Shown: positions 7,738-16,550, counted from the first letter of the stretch. The stretch: DNA of 20,089 nt from Candidatus Eiseniibacteriota bacterium (GCA_031370785.1 JANMQY010000095.1:1-20089); one strand, 5' to 3'. Translations and numbers: made by a program. The notes: generated from the letters alone by a model not told the origin.

Positions 7738-9513
7738 ATGAAGCTCACTATCCAGAAACAGCTCGTCGGGCTCGCGGTTCTGACGCTCACCGGCTTCGCC
7801 GGCTTCGGGCTGATCGCGCTCGGCACGATCCGCGACGTCCGCATCGGCGGGCCGACCTATGCGCGCATCGCGCAGGGGAAGGACCTGCTGGCCGACGCGC
7901 TGCCTCCGGCCGAGTACCTGGTCGAGGCCAATCTCGCGGTGCAGCAGATGACGGTCGAGACCGATCCGGGACGGATCGCCCAGCTGATCGCCGAGTCGAA
8001 GAGCTTCGCCGATGAGTTCGAAGCGCGTCATCAGTACTGGGAGCGCGAGCTGCCGATGGGCCCGGTTGCCGATGCGCTGCTGCTGCGCGCCTATAAGCAC
8101 GGCGCCCAGTTCCTCAAGATTCGCGACTCCCAGTTCATCCCGGCGGTTCGCCGCGGTGAACTCGCGCAGGCCCGCGCGCTGGCCAACGGCCCGATGAAGG
8201 AGGCGTTCGAAGAGCATCGCGCCGCGATCCGCTACGCCGCGCGCATGGCGCTCGAGTCGAACGTGTCGGTCGAGCGCGAGGCCACCGCGATGGCGCACCG
8301 GCGCACGCAGGTCATGTTGATGCTCGGGCTGTTCATCGCGGTGGCGACGCTCGGCATGGGACTGCTGGTGGCGCGCCGCATCCTGAATGGGATCGTCGAG
8401 ATCCATCGGGTCGCGATCGCGATGGCGGGCGGCGATCTGACGGTGAAGGCCGACGTGCGCACCGGAGACGAGCTGGAGGATCTGGCGCGCGCGACCAACG
8501 CGATGGGCGATGAGATGGGGAACGTGCTCGGCGCGCTGGGCGGCAAGGCCTCCTCCCTGGCGAACGCGTCTGAGGAGCTCTACGCGGTCAGCTACGAGAT
8601 GAGCTCGACCGCCGAGGAGACCTCCAGCCAGGCCGGCGCGGTGTCGGTGGGCTCCGAGCAGGTCAACCACAGCGTCGAGAGCGTGGCCGCGGCGGTCGAA
8701 GAGATGACCACCAGCATGCAGGAGATCGCCAAGATCACTTCCGAAGCGGCGCGCGTCGCCTCGCTCGCCTCCGGCGAAGCGGACGCCACGAATCACGCGG
8801 TCGGAAAGCTCGGCGCCAGCAGCACCGAGATCGGGCACGTGGTGCAGGTGATCAGCTCGATCGCGCAGCAGACCAACCTGCTCGCGCTCAACGCCACCAT
8901 CGAAGCGGCGCGCGCCGGGGAAGCGGGCAAGGGCTTCGCGGTGGTGGCGAACGAGGTCAAGGAACTGGCCAAGGGCACGGCCGCGGCGACCAAGGACATC
9001 GGCTCCAAGATCGACGCGATCCAGGCCGACACCGAGGCCGCGGTGCTCGCGATCAGGCAGATCAGCCACACCATTCAGCAGATCAAGGACATCTCGAACA
9101 CCATCGCGAGCGCGGTCGACGAGCAGCTCGCCACCGCGGCCGAGATCGGGCGCAGCCTGGGCGAGGCGGCGCGCAGCACCTCCGAGATCAGCGGCGGAGT
9201 GCAGAACGTCGCGCTCGCGGCCAAGGACACCGCGGCGGGCTCGGCGAGCACGCAGCGCTCCGCGGGCGAACTGGCCAAGCTCGCCTCCGAGCTGCGCCGC
9301 CTCACCGTGCAGTTCAAGTTCGCGAACGCCTCGGCGGAGGCCGACTCCTCACGCGGCGAACCGCGGGCGGGCCTGACACCGGGTCCGCTGCGCGCGCCAA
9401 CCGCGAAGCCGCGGGCGATGCGCGAGATCCTCGGAATGTCCGGCGCACCGGGCGCGAACCAACCCCCAGCGGGCCCGCGCGAGCGGGATCCGAACAGCAG
9501 CCGGGCCGCATGA
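7738..9513 (+). CDS. Methyl-accepting chemotaxis protein (2 TM, extracytoplasmic helical sensor, HAMP, signalling domain; probably 38H class)
   Basis: ATG 7738 with AGGGAG 8 nt upstream. TM1 [23 protein letters not shown]2 [29 protein letters not shown]...[11 protein letters not shown]; hairpin tip [34 protein letters not shown]. The N-arm is about 136 aa by hand count (~19 heptads). There is no NWETF-like pentapeptide. Confidence 0.95.
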   Translation: MKLTIQKQLVGLAVLTLTGFAGFGLIALGTIRDVRIGGPTYARIAQGKDLLADALPPAEYLVEANLAVQQMTVETDPGRIAQLIAESKSFADEFEARHQYWERELPMGPVADALLLRAYKHGAQFLKIRDSQFIPAVRRGELAQARALANGPMKEAFEEHRAAIRYAARMALESNVSVEREATAMAHRRTQVMLMLGLFIAVATLGMGLLVARRILNGIVEIHRVAIAMAGGDLTVKADVRTGDELEDLARATNAMGDEMGNVLGALGGKASSLANASEELYAVSYEMSSTAEETSSQAGAVSVGSEQVNHSVESVAAAVEEMTTSMQEIAKITSEAARVASLASGEADATNHAVGKLGASSTEIGHVVQVISSIAQQTNLLALNATIEAARAGEAGKGFAVVANEVKELAKGTAAATKDIGSKIDAIQADTEAAVLAIRQISHTIQQIKDISNTIASAVDEQLATAAEIGRSLGEAARSTSEISGGVQNVALAAKDTAAGSASTQRSAGELAKLASELRRLTVQFKFANASAEADSSRGEPRAGLTPGPLRAPTAKPRAMREILGMSGAPGANQPPAGPRERDPNSSRAA

Positions 9514-9550
9514 CGCGCTCCGGAATTCCACGAACACACGAGGTGACGTC

Positions 9551-9934
9551 ATGAAGGCACTGGTAGTCGACGATTCGCGGGCGATGCGGGCCATCATCTG
9601 CAAGCTGCTGCGCGAGGTGGGATTCGAAGTGCACGAGGCCAGGTCGGGCGTCGAAGCGCTGGTCAGCCTGTCGAAGCTCGAGTCGGTGGATCTGGTGCTG
9701 GTGGACTGGAACATGCCGGAGATGGACGGCCACGAGTTCCTCAAGCGCGTGCGCAAGGAGAAGCAGTGGGCCGACCTCAGGCTGATGATGGTCACCACCG
9801 AGAGCGAGCTGTCGCAGGTGACGGTCGCGCTCGAGGCCGGCGCCGACGAGTACCTGATGAAGCCGTTCGACAAGGAGGCGCTGCTCGAGAAGTTGATCCT
9901 GCTCGGGCTGGATCCCAACGAGCGCGCGGCCTGA
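9551..9934 (+). CDS. cheY: Single-domain response regulator CheY
   Basis: VVDDS, phosphoacceptor VDWNMPEMDG, VTT and KPF motifs; GAGGTG SD; lies within the che operon. Confidence 0.93.
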   Translation: MKALVVDDSRAMRAIICKLLREVGFEVHEARSGVEALVSLSKLESVDLVLVDWNMPEMDGHEFLKRVRKEKQWADLRLMMVTTESELSQVTVALEAGADEYLMKPFDKEALLEKLILLGLDPNERAA

Positions 9935-9947
9935 GTTGATCCCGAGC

Positions 9948-11084
9948 ATGGAGCCGATCCGCGTCCTGATCGTCGATGATGCCGTTACCGTGCGCCGGCT
10001 GGTCGCCGACGCGCTGTCGATCGACCCTGCCCTGCGGGTCGTGGGCGCGGCGGCCAACGGACGGCAGGCGCTCGAGCGCATTCCCCAGCTCCAGCCCGAC
10101 ATCGTGATCCTCGACATCGAGATGCCCGAGATGGACGGGCTCGAGACCCTGCTCGAGCTGCGTCGGCGCCACTCGAAGCTGCCGGTGATCGTGTTCAGCT
10201 CGGACACGCATCACGGTGCCGCCGCGACGCTCGATGCGTTGTGGCTCGGAGCCAAGGACTACGTGACCAAGATCGGCGCCACCAGCCTCGACGCCGCGAT
10301 CCAGCACATCCGCTCCGAGCTGCTGCCGCGCATTCACGCGCTGTGCGACGAGGATCCGGACGCGCGACCGGGAACGGAAGCTCCGAACACCCCGGGACGC
10401 GCCCGCGATCCGCGCGATCCGCGCCGCGACGATTCGCGCGAAGCGAAGTTCTACGCGCCTTACCGGTCGCGCGACATCCTGCCGCCGGGGCGGGTCGATG
10501 TGCTCGCGATCGGCGCTTCGACCGGCGGGCCGAGCGCTCTCTCGGTGGTGCTCTCCGATCTGCCGGCCTACCTGCCGATCCCGGTGCTGGTCGTCCAGCA
10601 CATGCCGCCGCGCTTCACCGGCTATCTCGCCGAGCGCCTCGCCGCCAAGTGCCAGTTGCGTATCGCCGAGGCCGTGCCCGGTGCGCCGCTCGCGCCGGGC
10701 AGGGTATGGATCGCGCCCGGCGATTTCCACATGACCGTCGAGCGTTCGGGCGCGCAGGTGGTGACTCAGCTCGATCGCAATCCGCCCGAGAACTCCTGCC
10801 GTCCATCCGCCGATCCGCTGTTCCGCTCGGTGGCCGACGTGTTCGGCGCCGGCGCGCTGTGCGTCGTGCTCACCGGCATGGGACAGGATGCGCTGCGCGG
10901 TTGCCGGATCGTGGCCGGCGCGCGCGGGCAGATCCTGGTGCAGGACGAGGCCACGAGCGTGGTGTGGGGAATGCCCGGCAACGTCGCGCGCGAAGGGCTC
11001 GCGGATCGCGTGCTGCCGCTCGAGCAGATCGGCGAAGAAATCCTGCGCCGCGTCTCGATCGGGCGCGCACGGGAGGCCGCCTGA
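9948..11084 (+). CDS. cheB: Protein-glutamate methylesterase CheB (REC plus methylesterase)
   Basis: REC domain (IVDDA, LDIEMPEMDG) and catalytic motifs GASTGG, VQHMP, RPSADPLF, TGMGQD and VWGMP. ATG 9948 is preferred; TTG 9936 is possible. Confidence 0.95.
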   Translation: MEPIRVLIVDDAVTVRRLVADALSIDPALRVVGAAANGRQALERIPQLQPDIVILDIEMPEMDGLETLLELRRRHSKLPVIVFSSDTHHGAAATLDALWLGAKDYVTKIGATSLDAAIQHIRSELLPRIHALCDEDPDARPGTEAPNTPGRARDPRDPRRDDSREAKFYAPYRSRDILPPGRVDVLAIGASTGGPSALSVVLSDLPAYLPIPVLVVQHMPPRFTGYLAERLAAKCQLRIAEAVPGAPLAPGRVWIAPGDFHMTVERSGAQVVTQLDRNPPENSCRPSADPLFRSVADVFGAGALCVVLTGMGQDALRGCRIVAGARGQILVQDEATSVVWGMPGNVAREGLADRVLPLEQIGEEILRRVSIGRAREAA

Positions 11085-11965
11085 TGACCACCAGCTCGCG
11101 ACGCGACGAGGGCCGCATCAGCGGCGAGGACTTCGCCTACCTCCAGCAGCTGATGCGCAGGCGCGCCGGCATCGTGCTCGAGGCGGGGAAAGAGTATCTC
11201 GCCGAGTCCCGCCTGTCCGCGCTTGCGCAGCGTGAAGGCTTCGGCTCGGCGACGGCGCTGCTCGAGGGGCTGCACACCGAGGAAGTTTCCGGCGTGCTGC
11301 ACCGGCGGGTGGTCGAGGCGCTCGCCATCACCGAGACCTCGTTCTTCCGCGACCTGCATCCGTTCGACTCGCTGCGCCGCCAGCTGCTGCCCGAGCTGAT
11401 CGAGAAGCGCGCGCCGGAGCGGACGCTCAACGTGTGGTGCGCGGCGTGTTCCAGCGGGCAGGAGCCGTTCAGCCTTGCGATGCTGATCCGCGAGTACTTC
11501 CCGCACCTGCTCAGCTGGAAGCTGCAGCTCATCGCCTCCGATCTGTCGCTCGGCATGCTCGAGCGCGCGCGCGCCGGCCTCTACAGCAAGATCGAAGTGA
11601 ATCGTGGCCTGCCCGCTGCGCTGCTGGTCAAGTGCTTCGCCGAGAGCGGCACGGAATGGAAGCTGCGCGACGAGGTGCGGCGCATGGTGCAGTTCCGCGA
11701 GATCAACCTGGTTACGCCGTGGCCGAGCCTGCCGCCAATGGACGTGATCATGATGCGCAACGTGCTCCTCTACTTCGACGCCGAGACCCGGCGCAGCGTG
11801 CTCAAGACGGTCTCACGCGCGCTCAAGCCGGATGGATATCTGATTCTGGGTGGTGGTGAAACCACGCTGATGCTGGACGACTCGTTCGAGCCCGTGCAGA
11901 TGGGTCGGACGGTGTGCTACCGGCCAAGCGTTTCGTATCGCAGCGGGCTCAGGCGCGCCGGCTGA
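11084..11965 (+). CDS. cheR: Protein-glutamate O-methyltransferase CheR
   Basis: The real start is ATG 11084, overlapping the cheB stop (GGAGG...TGATG), not 10241. Motifs: ETSFFRD, WCAACSSGQEPFS, IASD, RNVLLYFD and LILGGGE. Confidence 0.95.
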   Translation: MTTSSRRDEGRISGEDFAYLQQLMRRRAGIVLEAGKEYLAESRLSALAQREGFGSATALLEGLHTEEVSGVLHRRVVEALAITETSFFRDLHPFDSLRRQLLPELIEKRAPERTLNVWCAACSSGQEPFSLAMLIREYFPHLLSWKLQLIASDLSLGMLERARAGLYSKIEVNRGLPAALLVKCFAESGTEWKLRDEVRRMVQFREINLVTPWPSLPPMDVIMMRNVLLYFDAETRRSVLKTVSRALKPDGYLILGGGETTLMLDDSFEPVQMGRTVCYRPSVSYRSGLRRAG

Positions 11966-12012
11966 ACACTCAACGTCGGCCGCGAGGTCCGACACGACCG
12001 AGGAGAAACGTC

Positions 12013-12495
12013 ATGGCGGCGAAGGTCATCGAGATCAAGGAGTGGCTCGACTGCTTCAAGGAGGCGACGGACGAGCTTGCGACGTCGTCGCTGCGCTTCG
12101 ATGGCAGTCCGGCCCGGGAAATTCCGGGCAAGGGTGAGCAGGCCAACCCCGGGACCTACATCGCGATCCTGACCGACACGAGCTCCATGCACCTCGGCAT
12201 CACCTCGACGCCGAACGGAGTGCGGGCGCTGGCGCGCGGACTTCTCGGTTTGCGCCAGGACCAGGAGATGAGCGACCAGGAGGCGGTGGACGGGGTGAGC
12301 GAGGTGATGAACATCGTCGCCGGCAAGGTCAAATCCAAGATGGCGGGCCGCGGTGGAACCTTGCAGCTCGGCCTGCCGATGTTCGTCCAGACCCCGATCC
12401 AGATGAACGAACAGATGGAGCGCGCGAGCGCGGAGGTGACGATCGGGCCGGTGGCCTGCCAGCTGCTGGTGTTCCGCAACCGGCGCGCGGCGTGA
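12013..12495 (+). CDS. cheX: CheX-family CheY-P phosphatase
   Basis: ATG 12013 after AGGAG; 160 aa with the D-x3-ExxN motif (DGVSEVMNIVAG) followed by LGLP; last gene of the che operon. Confidence 0.8.
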   Translation: MAAKVIEIKEWLDCFKEATDELATSSLRFDGSPAREIPGKGEQANPGTYIAILTDTSSMHLGITSTPNGVRALARGLLGLRQDQEMSDQEAVDGVSEVMNIVAGKVKSKMAGRGGTLQLGLPMFVQTPIQMNEQMERASAEVTIGPVACQLLVFRNRRAA

Positions 12496-12517
12496 GCCGG
12501 GCTCGCGCGCCAGCGTC

Positions 12518-13663
12518 TCACTCGAACTCGGCCACGATCGGGGCGTGATCCGAGGCCAGCCCCGGTCCATCGAGTCCCGCGACCGTGTACCCGCGGCCGT
12601 CGCGCCATCCGCGCCCCGCGAACCAGTCGAGGCGCATGCGTCCACGACGTTCGGCCCAGCGCAGCGCCGCGCGCGTCAGGTCGCGGAGCGGAGCCGGAAT
12701 GGCGCGGACCTCATCGAGCCGCTCGAAGCGCAGATCGAGCGTGGGCTTGCGATCGCCGAATCGCTCCCATTCGAATCCCGCATCGCGCAGCTCGTCGAAA
12801 ACGAATTCCCGGTTGATCCCGCGATCCGGCCGCAGGAGGCGCTGCTCGAGCGCACCGCCCGGCGTGAGCAGCAGCGCGATCGCTCCGGCGAGCGGCGCGT
12901 GCCACAACCCGCGATCGAAGGTGTGCGAGTTGAAGTCTCCGGCGAGCAGCACCGGGCGACGCTCCTCGCCCAGCGCCTGCGTCAGCGCCCGCATCTGCGC
13001 CGCGCGCCTGGTGCGGGTGCGATGCACCTCGAGGTGTACCGAGACCGCGACGAACGGCGCGCCCGGGCGCTCGATGGTCGCGATCAGCGCGACGTGCCGG
13101 CCCAGCATGCGCTCCAGGTCGAACTGCACGTCCTCCGGGCTTGGCAGCTCGACCAGCCGCACTTCTCCGATCGGCCAGCGGGAGAGGATTGCGAGCCCGA
13201 ACAGCGACTCCTGATTCGCTTGCCCGGCAGCCATTCGGGGGTCTTCGTCGCGGCCGGGCGTGGTCTCGATGAACAGCGGTGCCCACACCGCGTATCGATT
13301 CAGCGCCCGCGCCAGGTCGGCGGTGACGTCACGATTTGCCGCGCGCGCCATGCCGAAGTCGATCTCATTGAACAGATGAAGGTCGGTGTCGGACAGCTCT
13401 TCCCGGCGGAGCAGCGCGCTCTCGACCTGCTCGTACCAGTTGCCGTGCTCGATGTTCCAGTGCACCGCCTTGATCCGCGACGGATTGGGCGAGGGCGGAG
13501 GGAGCGCCGCCGGCGCGTGGCGCCTCGGCGCGCCGAGCACCGCACGAACGCGACGTTCGAGCTCCGGCCAGAGCGGCGCGGCGCGCAGTTCGGCGAGCGT
13601 CTTGTAGGGAGCGATGACCTGCCGGACGAATGCGGCCTCGGCCACGAGGTGGGCGTCATGCAT
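12518..13663 (-). CDS. Endonuclease/exonuclease/phosphatase (EEP) family hydrolase
   Basis: Motifs HWNIEHG, LFNEID, AILSRWP, SVHLE, AGDFN, RLDW and terminal SDHAPIVAEF. ATG 13663 is preferred over TTG 13675 because the TTG overlaps a candidate -10 element. Confidence 0.9.
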   Translation of the reverse strand: MHDAHLVAEAAFVRQVIAPYKTLAELRAAPLWPELERRVRAVLGAPRRHAPAALPPPSPNPSRIKAVHWNIEHGNWYEQVESALLRREELSDTDLHLFNEIDFGMARAANRDVTADLARALNRYAVWAPLFIETTPGRDEDPRMAAGQANQESLFGLAILSRWPIGEVRLVELPSPEDVQFDLERMLGRHVALIATIERPGAPFVAVSVHLEVHRTRTRRAAQMRALTQALGEERRPVLLAGDFNSHTFDRGLWHAPLAGAIALLLTPGGALEQRLLRPDRGINREFVFDELRDAGFEWERFGDRKPTLDLRFERLDEVRAIPAPLRDLTRAALRWAERRGRMRLDWFAGRGWRDGRGYTVAGLDGPGLASDHAPIVAEFE

Positions 13664-13674
13664 GGCGAGCGCCA

Positions 13675-13683
13675 AGCATAGCA
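13675..13683 (-). promoter_or_regulatory. Candidate extended -10 (TGc-TATGCT) for the EEP gene
   Basis: The minus strand reads TGCTATGCT ending 11 nt before ATG 13663, with no SD in between. Confidence 0.4.
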
Positions 13684-13739
13684 GGGCGGACCAGTTCGCA
13701 TCGCGGGCGCGCCCGGCGCATCAGACCGTTCGCTGCGCG

Positions 13740-13768
13740 TTGCACGTCCTCGCGTGAGCCCCTAGACT
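13740..13768 (+). promoter_or_regulatory. Candidate sigma70 promoter TTGCAC-N17-TAGACT for the AAA+ ATPase gene
   Basis: -35 TTGCAC at 13740-13745, a 17-nt spacer and -10 TAGACT at 13763-13768; AAGGAG SD at 13821-13826 precedes ATG 13837. Confidence 0.55.
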
Positions 13769-13836
13769 TCCCGCCGACCTCCCCTCTGCGCCCATGCCGC
13801 GCGGCGCGTCCTCGAATTGCAAGGAGAACGCCTTCG

Positions 13837-15342
13837 ATGTCCCGTCCCCGCACCCTTGGTGAACTGAAGGCCGCCGGATACCGCACGCGCTCGGTCAAAG
13901 ACGAGATGCGCGCAAACCTCATCGCCCGGATTCGCTCCGGGGGTCCGCTGTTTGCCGGCGTGATCGGCTACGAGCACACCGTCGAGCCGCAGATGGTGAA
14001 CGCGATCCTGTCGCGCCACGACTTCATCCTGCTCGGGCTGCGCGGTCAGGCCAAGACCCGGCTGCTGCGCGCCCTGATCCAGTTCCTCGACGAATGGATG
14101 CCGGCGATCGAAGGCTGCCCGCTCAACAGCGATCCGCTGGTGCCGCTCACGCACCACGCGCGCGCGCTGGTCGAGAGCAAGGGCGATGCGACGCCGATCG
14201 CCTGGATCCACCGCGAGCAGCGCTACCAGGAGAAGCTGGCCACGCCCGACGTGACGATCGCCGATCTCATCGGCGACATCGACCCGATCAAGGCCGCGAC
14301 CCTCAAGCTCGACTACTCGGACGAGCGCGTCATCCACTACGGCATCATTCCGCGCACCCACCGCGGGATCTTCGCGATCAACGAGCTGCCGGACCTGCAG
14401 CCGCGCATCCAGGTCGGGCTGCTCAACATTCTCGAGGAGAAGGATTTTCAGATCCGCGGCTTCCCGGTGCGGATTCCGCTCGACATCTGCATGGTGTTCT
14501 CGGCCAACCCCGAGGACTACACCAATCGCGGCAATATCATCACGCCGCTGCGCGACCGCATCAATTCGCAGATCATCACGCACTATCCGCTCGAGCGCGA
14601 TCACGGCATGGCGATCACCGCGCAGGAGTCGTGGATCGATCGCGAAGGCGACATCGAAGTGGCGATTCCCAAGTTCCTGCGCGAGCTGGTGGAAGAGGTC
14701 GCGATCCAGGCGCGGCGCAGCGAGTACGTGGATCAGAACTCGGGAGTCTCGGCGCGGCTGCCGATCGCGCTGATCGAGAACGTGGTGAGCAACGCGGAGC
14801 GCCGCGGCTTGCGCACCGGCGAGAAGCACGTCACCGCGCGGGTGTGCGACCTGCAGCAGGCGGTCTCGGCGGTCAGCGGCAAGGTCGAGCTGGTGCTGGA
14901 AGGCGAGCAGGAGGGCGCGCTCAACGTGGCGCGCGCGCTGCTCGGACGCGGCGTGAAGGCACTCTTCTCGCAGCGCTTCCCGGATGCGTACAAGCCCAAG
15001 CGCACGCGGCGCGCGGTGCCGCCCGAGTCGGAAGGCGAGATGACCTCGTCGGAATACCGCCCGGTCCTCGAATGGTTCTCGGGCGGCAACCACGTGGAAG
15101 TCGCTGACGATCTGTCGCACAAGGAATTCTCGCTGCAGCTCTCGCAGGTCAAGGGGCTGGCGGCGCTGGCGGACAAGTATCTGGAGCCGGCCAACGCCGA
15201 AGAGGCCGCGGTGGCCATGGAGCTGGTGCTCGAAGGACTCCACCAGCACTCGATGCTGTCGCGCGAGCGGACCGACGGCGCGACCACGGCTTACAAGGAT
15301 ATGCTGAAGAGCATGCTGAGCGGGCTCGGCGGTCAGGACTGA
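13837..15342 (+). CDS. Magnesium-chelatase subunit I/MoxR-like AAA+ ATPase (VWA-partnered family)
   Basis: ATG 13837 after AAGGAG. Walker A GLRGQAKT, EKLATPD...DLIGDIDP, Walker B FAINELPDL, sensor region SANPEDYTNRG and arginine finger LRDR. Confidence 0.9.
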   Translation: MSRPRTLGELKAAGYRTRSVKDEMRANLIARIRSGGPLFAGVIGYEHTVEPQMVNAILSRHDFILLGLRGQAKTRLLRALIQFLDEWMPAIEGCPLNSDPLVPLTHHARALVESKGDATPIAWIHREQRYQEKLATPDVTIADLIGDIDPIKAATLKLDYSDERVIHYGIIPRTHRGIFAINELPDLQPRIQVGLLNILEEKDFQIRGFPVRIPLDICMVFSANPEDYTNRGNIITPLRDRINSQIITHYPLERDHGMAITAQESWIDREGDIEVAIPKFLRELVEEVAIQARRSEYVDQNSGVSARLPIALIENVVSNAERRGLRTGEKHVTARVCDLQQAVSAVSGKVELVLEGEQEGALNVARALLGRGVKALFSQRFPDAYKPKRTRRAVPPESEGEMTSSEYRPVLEWFSGGNHVEVADDLSHKEFSLQLSQVKGLAALADKYLEPANAEEAAVAMELVLEGLHQHSMLSRERTDGATTAYKDMLKSMLSGLGGQD

Positions 15343-15384
15343 GCGGGTCCGGGCCCCCGGGGCGCTGCGCCTCGAATTTCACCC

Positions 15385-15412
15385 GGAATGTCCGCCCGTG
15401 AGCCGGCGTATC
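15385..15412 (+). promoter_or_regulatory. Candidate ECF-type promoter GGAAT-N17-CGTATC for the secretin gene
   Basis: GGAAT at 15385-15389, a 17-nt spacer and CGTA at 15407-15410 in the 150-nt gap before the secretin; matches the common ECF consensus GGAAY-N17-CGT. Confidence 0.4.
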
Positions 15413-15492
15413 CCGCGACGTGTCGGGCTCGAAGGCCCGTCGTCGTGAACCAGCGCCGCCGCTCGCGCGGCGCGACAATGGGAGAGTGCCGC

Positions 15493-16545
15493 ATGAACGT
15501 CGTTCGCTCTGTAATCGCTCTCATCTGCATGCTGTCAGTGGCGGGTTTCGCCTTGGCGCAGAACGCTGGCAATGCGGTGCTCAAGCCGCAGTTCCTTCCG
15601 CCCGCCGAGCTCGAGCGCATGCTCGGCGCGCGGGAAGTGGGCGGACGCAGCGTGATCGAGTGGAGCTCCGGCGGCGCGAGCCACGCCGTCGACGTACGCC
15701 GCAACGACGCTTCGAACATGCTGCTGCTGCGGGGCAGCCCCGAGGACATCTCGGCGATCCTGTCCCAGGCGCAGACCTTCGATGTGGCGCCGCGCCAGAT
15801 CGCGATCGAGGCGAAGATCGTGGAGGTGGACCAGAACAAGGCCCGGGACCTGGGCATCGACTGGAGCCTGCTGCAGTCGAGCGCGAATGGACGAATCTCA
15901 TCCTCTGGCAGGACAGATCGCCAGAGGACCGAAGGCGGTGGTATCCCAGCCTCCGAGCGCACGTTCACCAACACTTCGACCGCGACCGACCTCAATGGCT
16001 TCGCCCAGCTCAACAACGTGCTGCAGCTGCTCGACGAAAACGGCGCCGCGACGGTGCGAGACGCCCCGCGCATTCTGACGCTCAACAACCGCTCCGCGAC
16101 CATCCTCGACGGTCAACGCGTGACGTACGTGACTCGCTACTCCAGCTATTCGAATCTGTTCGCGACCGACTCGATGGACGCCGGGCTGCGCCTTCAGGTG
16201 CTGCCCTCGGTCGGCGAGAGCGGGTATCTGAGGCTCGAGCTGCGCGCCGAGCTCACATCGCTTTCGAGCAACATCTCGGGCAGCCCGGTCAAGGACGGCC
16301 AGATCGTGGAGAACACCGTCGTGGTCAAGGACGGCGAGAGCGTGCTCCTCGGCGGCTTCACTCGCACGCTCGATCGAACCGTGCACCGGCGTTTCCCGGT
16401 GCTGGGCTACGTGCTGCCGTTTCTGTTCTCGCGCGATATCCATGAGACAAGCAGTCGCGAGAGCTTCGTCGTCATCACCCCTCACGTCGTGGACCTGAAC
16501 ACGGCCCTCGACGAGGCAACCCGGAAGACCGTCGAAGGACACTGA
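15493..16545 (+). CDS. Minimal outer-membrane secretin (GspD/PilQ superfamily): signal peptide, one N3-like domain and secretin domain
   Basis: ATG 15493 after GGAGAG; Sec signal ending FALA-Q; N3-like NMLLLRGSPEDI...FDVAPRQIAIEAKIVEV...DLGIDW; secretin motifs PRILTLNNRSATILDG, GLRLQVLP, VVVKDGESVLLGG, PVLGYVLPFLFS and VVITPHVV. 350 aa. Confidence 0.88.
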   Translation: MNVVRSVIALICMLSVAGFALAQNAGNAVLKPQFLPPAELERMLGAREVGGRSVIEWSSGGASHAVDVRRNDASNMLLLRGSPEDISAILSQAQTFDVAPRQIAIEAKIVEVDQNKARDLGIDWSLLQSSANGRISSSGRTDRQRTEGGGIPASERTFTNTSTATDLNGFAQLNNVLQLLDENGAATVRDAPRILTLNNRSATILDGQRVTYVTRYSSYSNLFATDSMDAGLRLQVLPSVGESGYLRLELRAELTSLSSNISGSPVKDGQIVENTVVVKDGESVLLGGFTRTLDRTVHRRFPVLGYVLPFLFSRDIHETSSRESFVVITPHVVDLNTALDEATRKTVEGH

Positions 16546-16550
16546 TCACG

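Noticed and set aside
10241..11083. 574-aa ORF 10241..11965 suggesting an N-terminally extended CheR
   Set aside because: The extension is an Arg/Ala-rich alternative-frame read of cheB. A GGAGG SD and TGATG overlap define the CheR start at 11084.
12488..12517. Bidirectional terminator between convergent cheX and the EEP gene
   Set aside because: A GC stem with a 3-nt loop is possible, but there is no U-tract on either strand, so it cannot be distinguished from chance in high-GC DNA.
13837..15342. True magnesium chelatase (bchI/chlI) or sigma54 activator
   Set aside because: There are no chelatase H subunit or tetrapyrrole genes nearby, and no GAFTGA loop or HTH. It fits the VWA-partnered uncharacterised ATPase family better.
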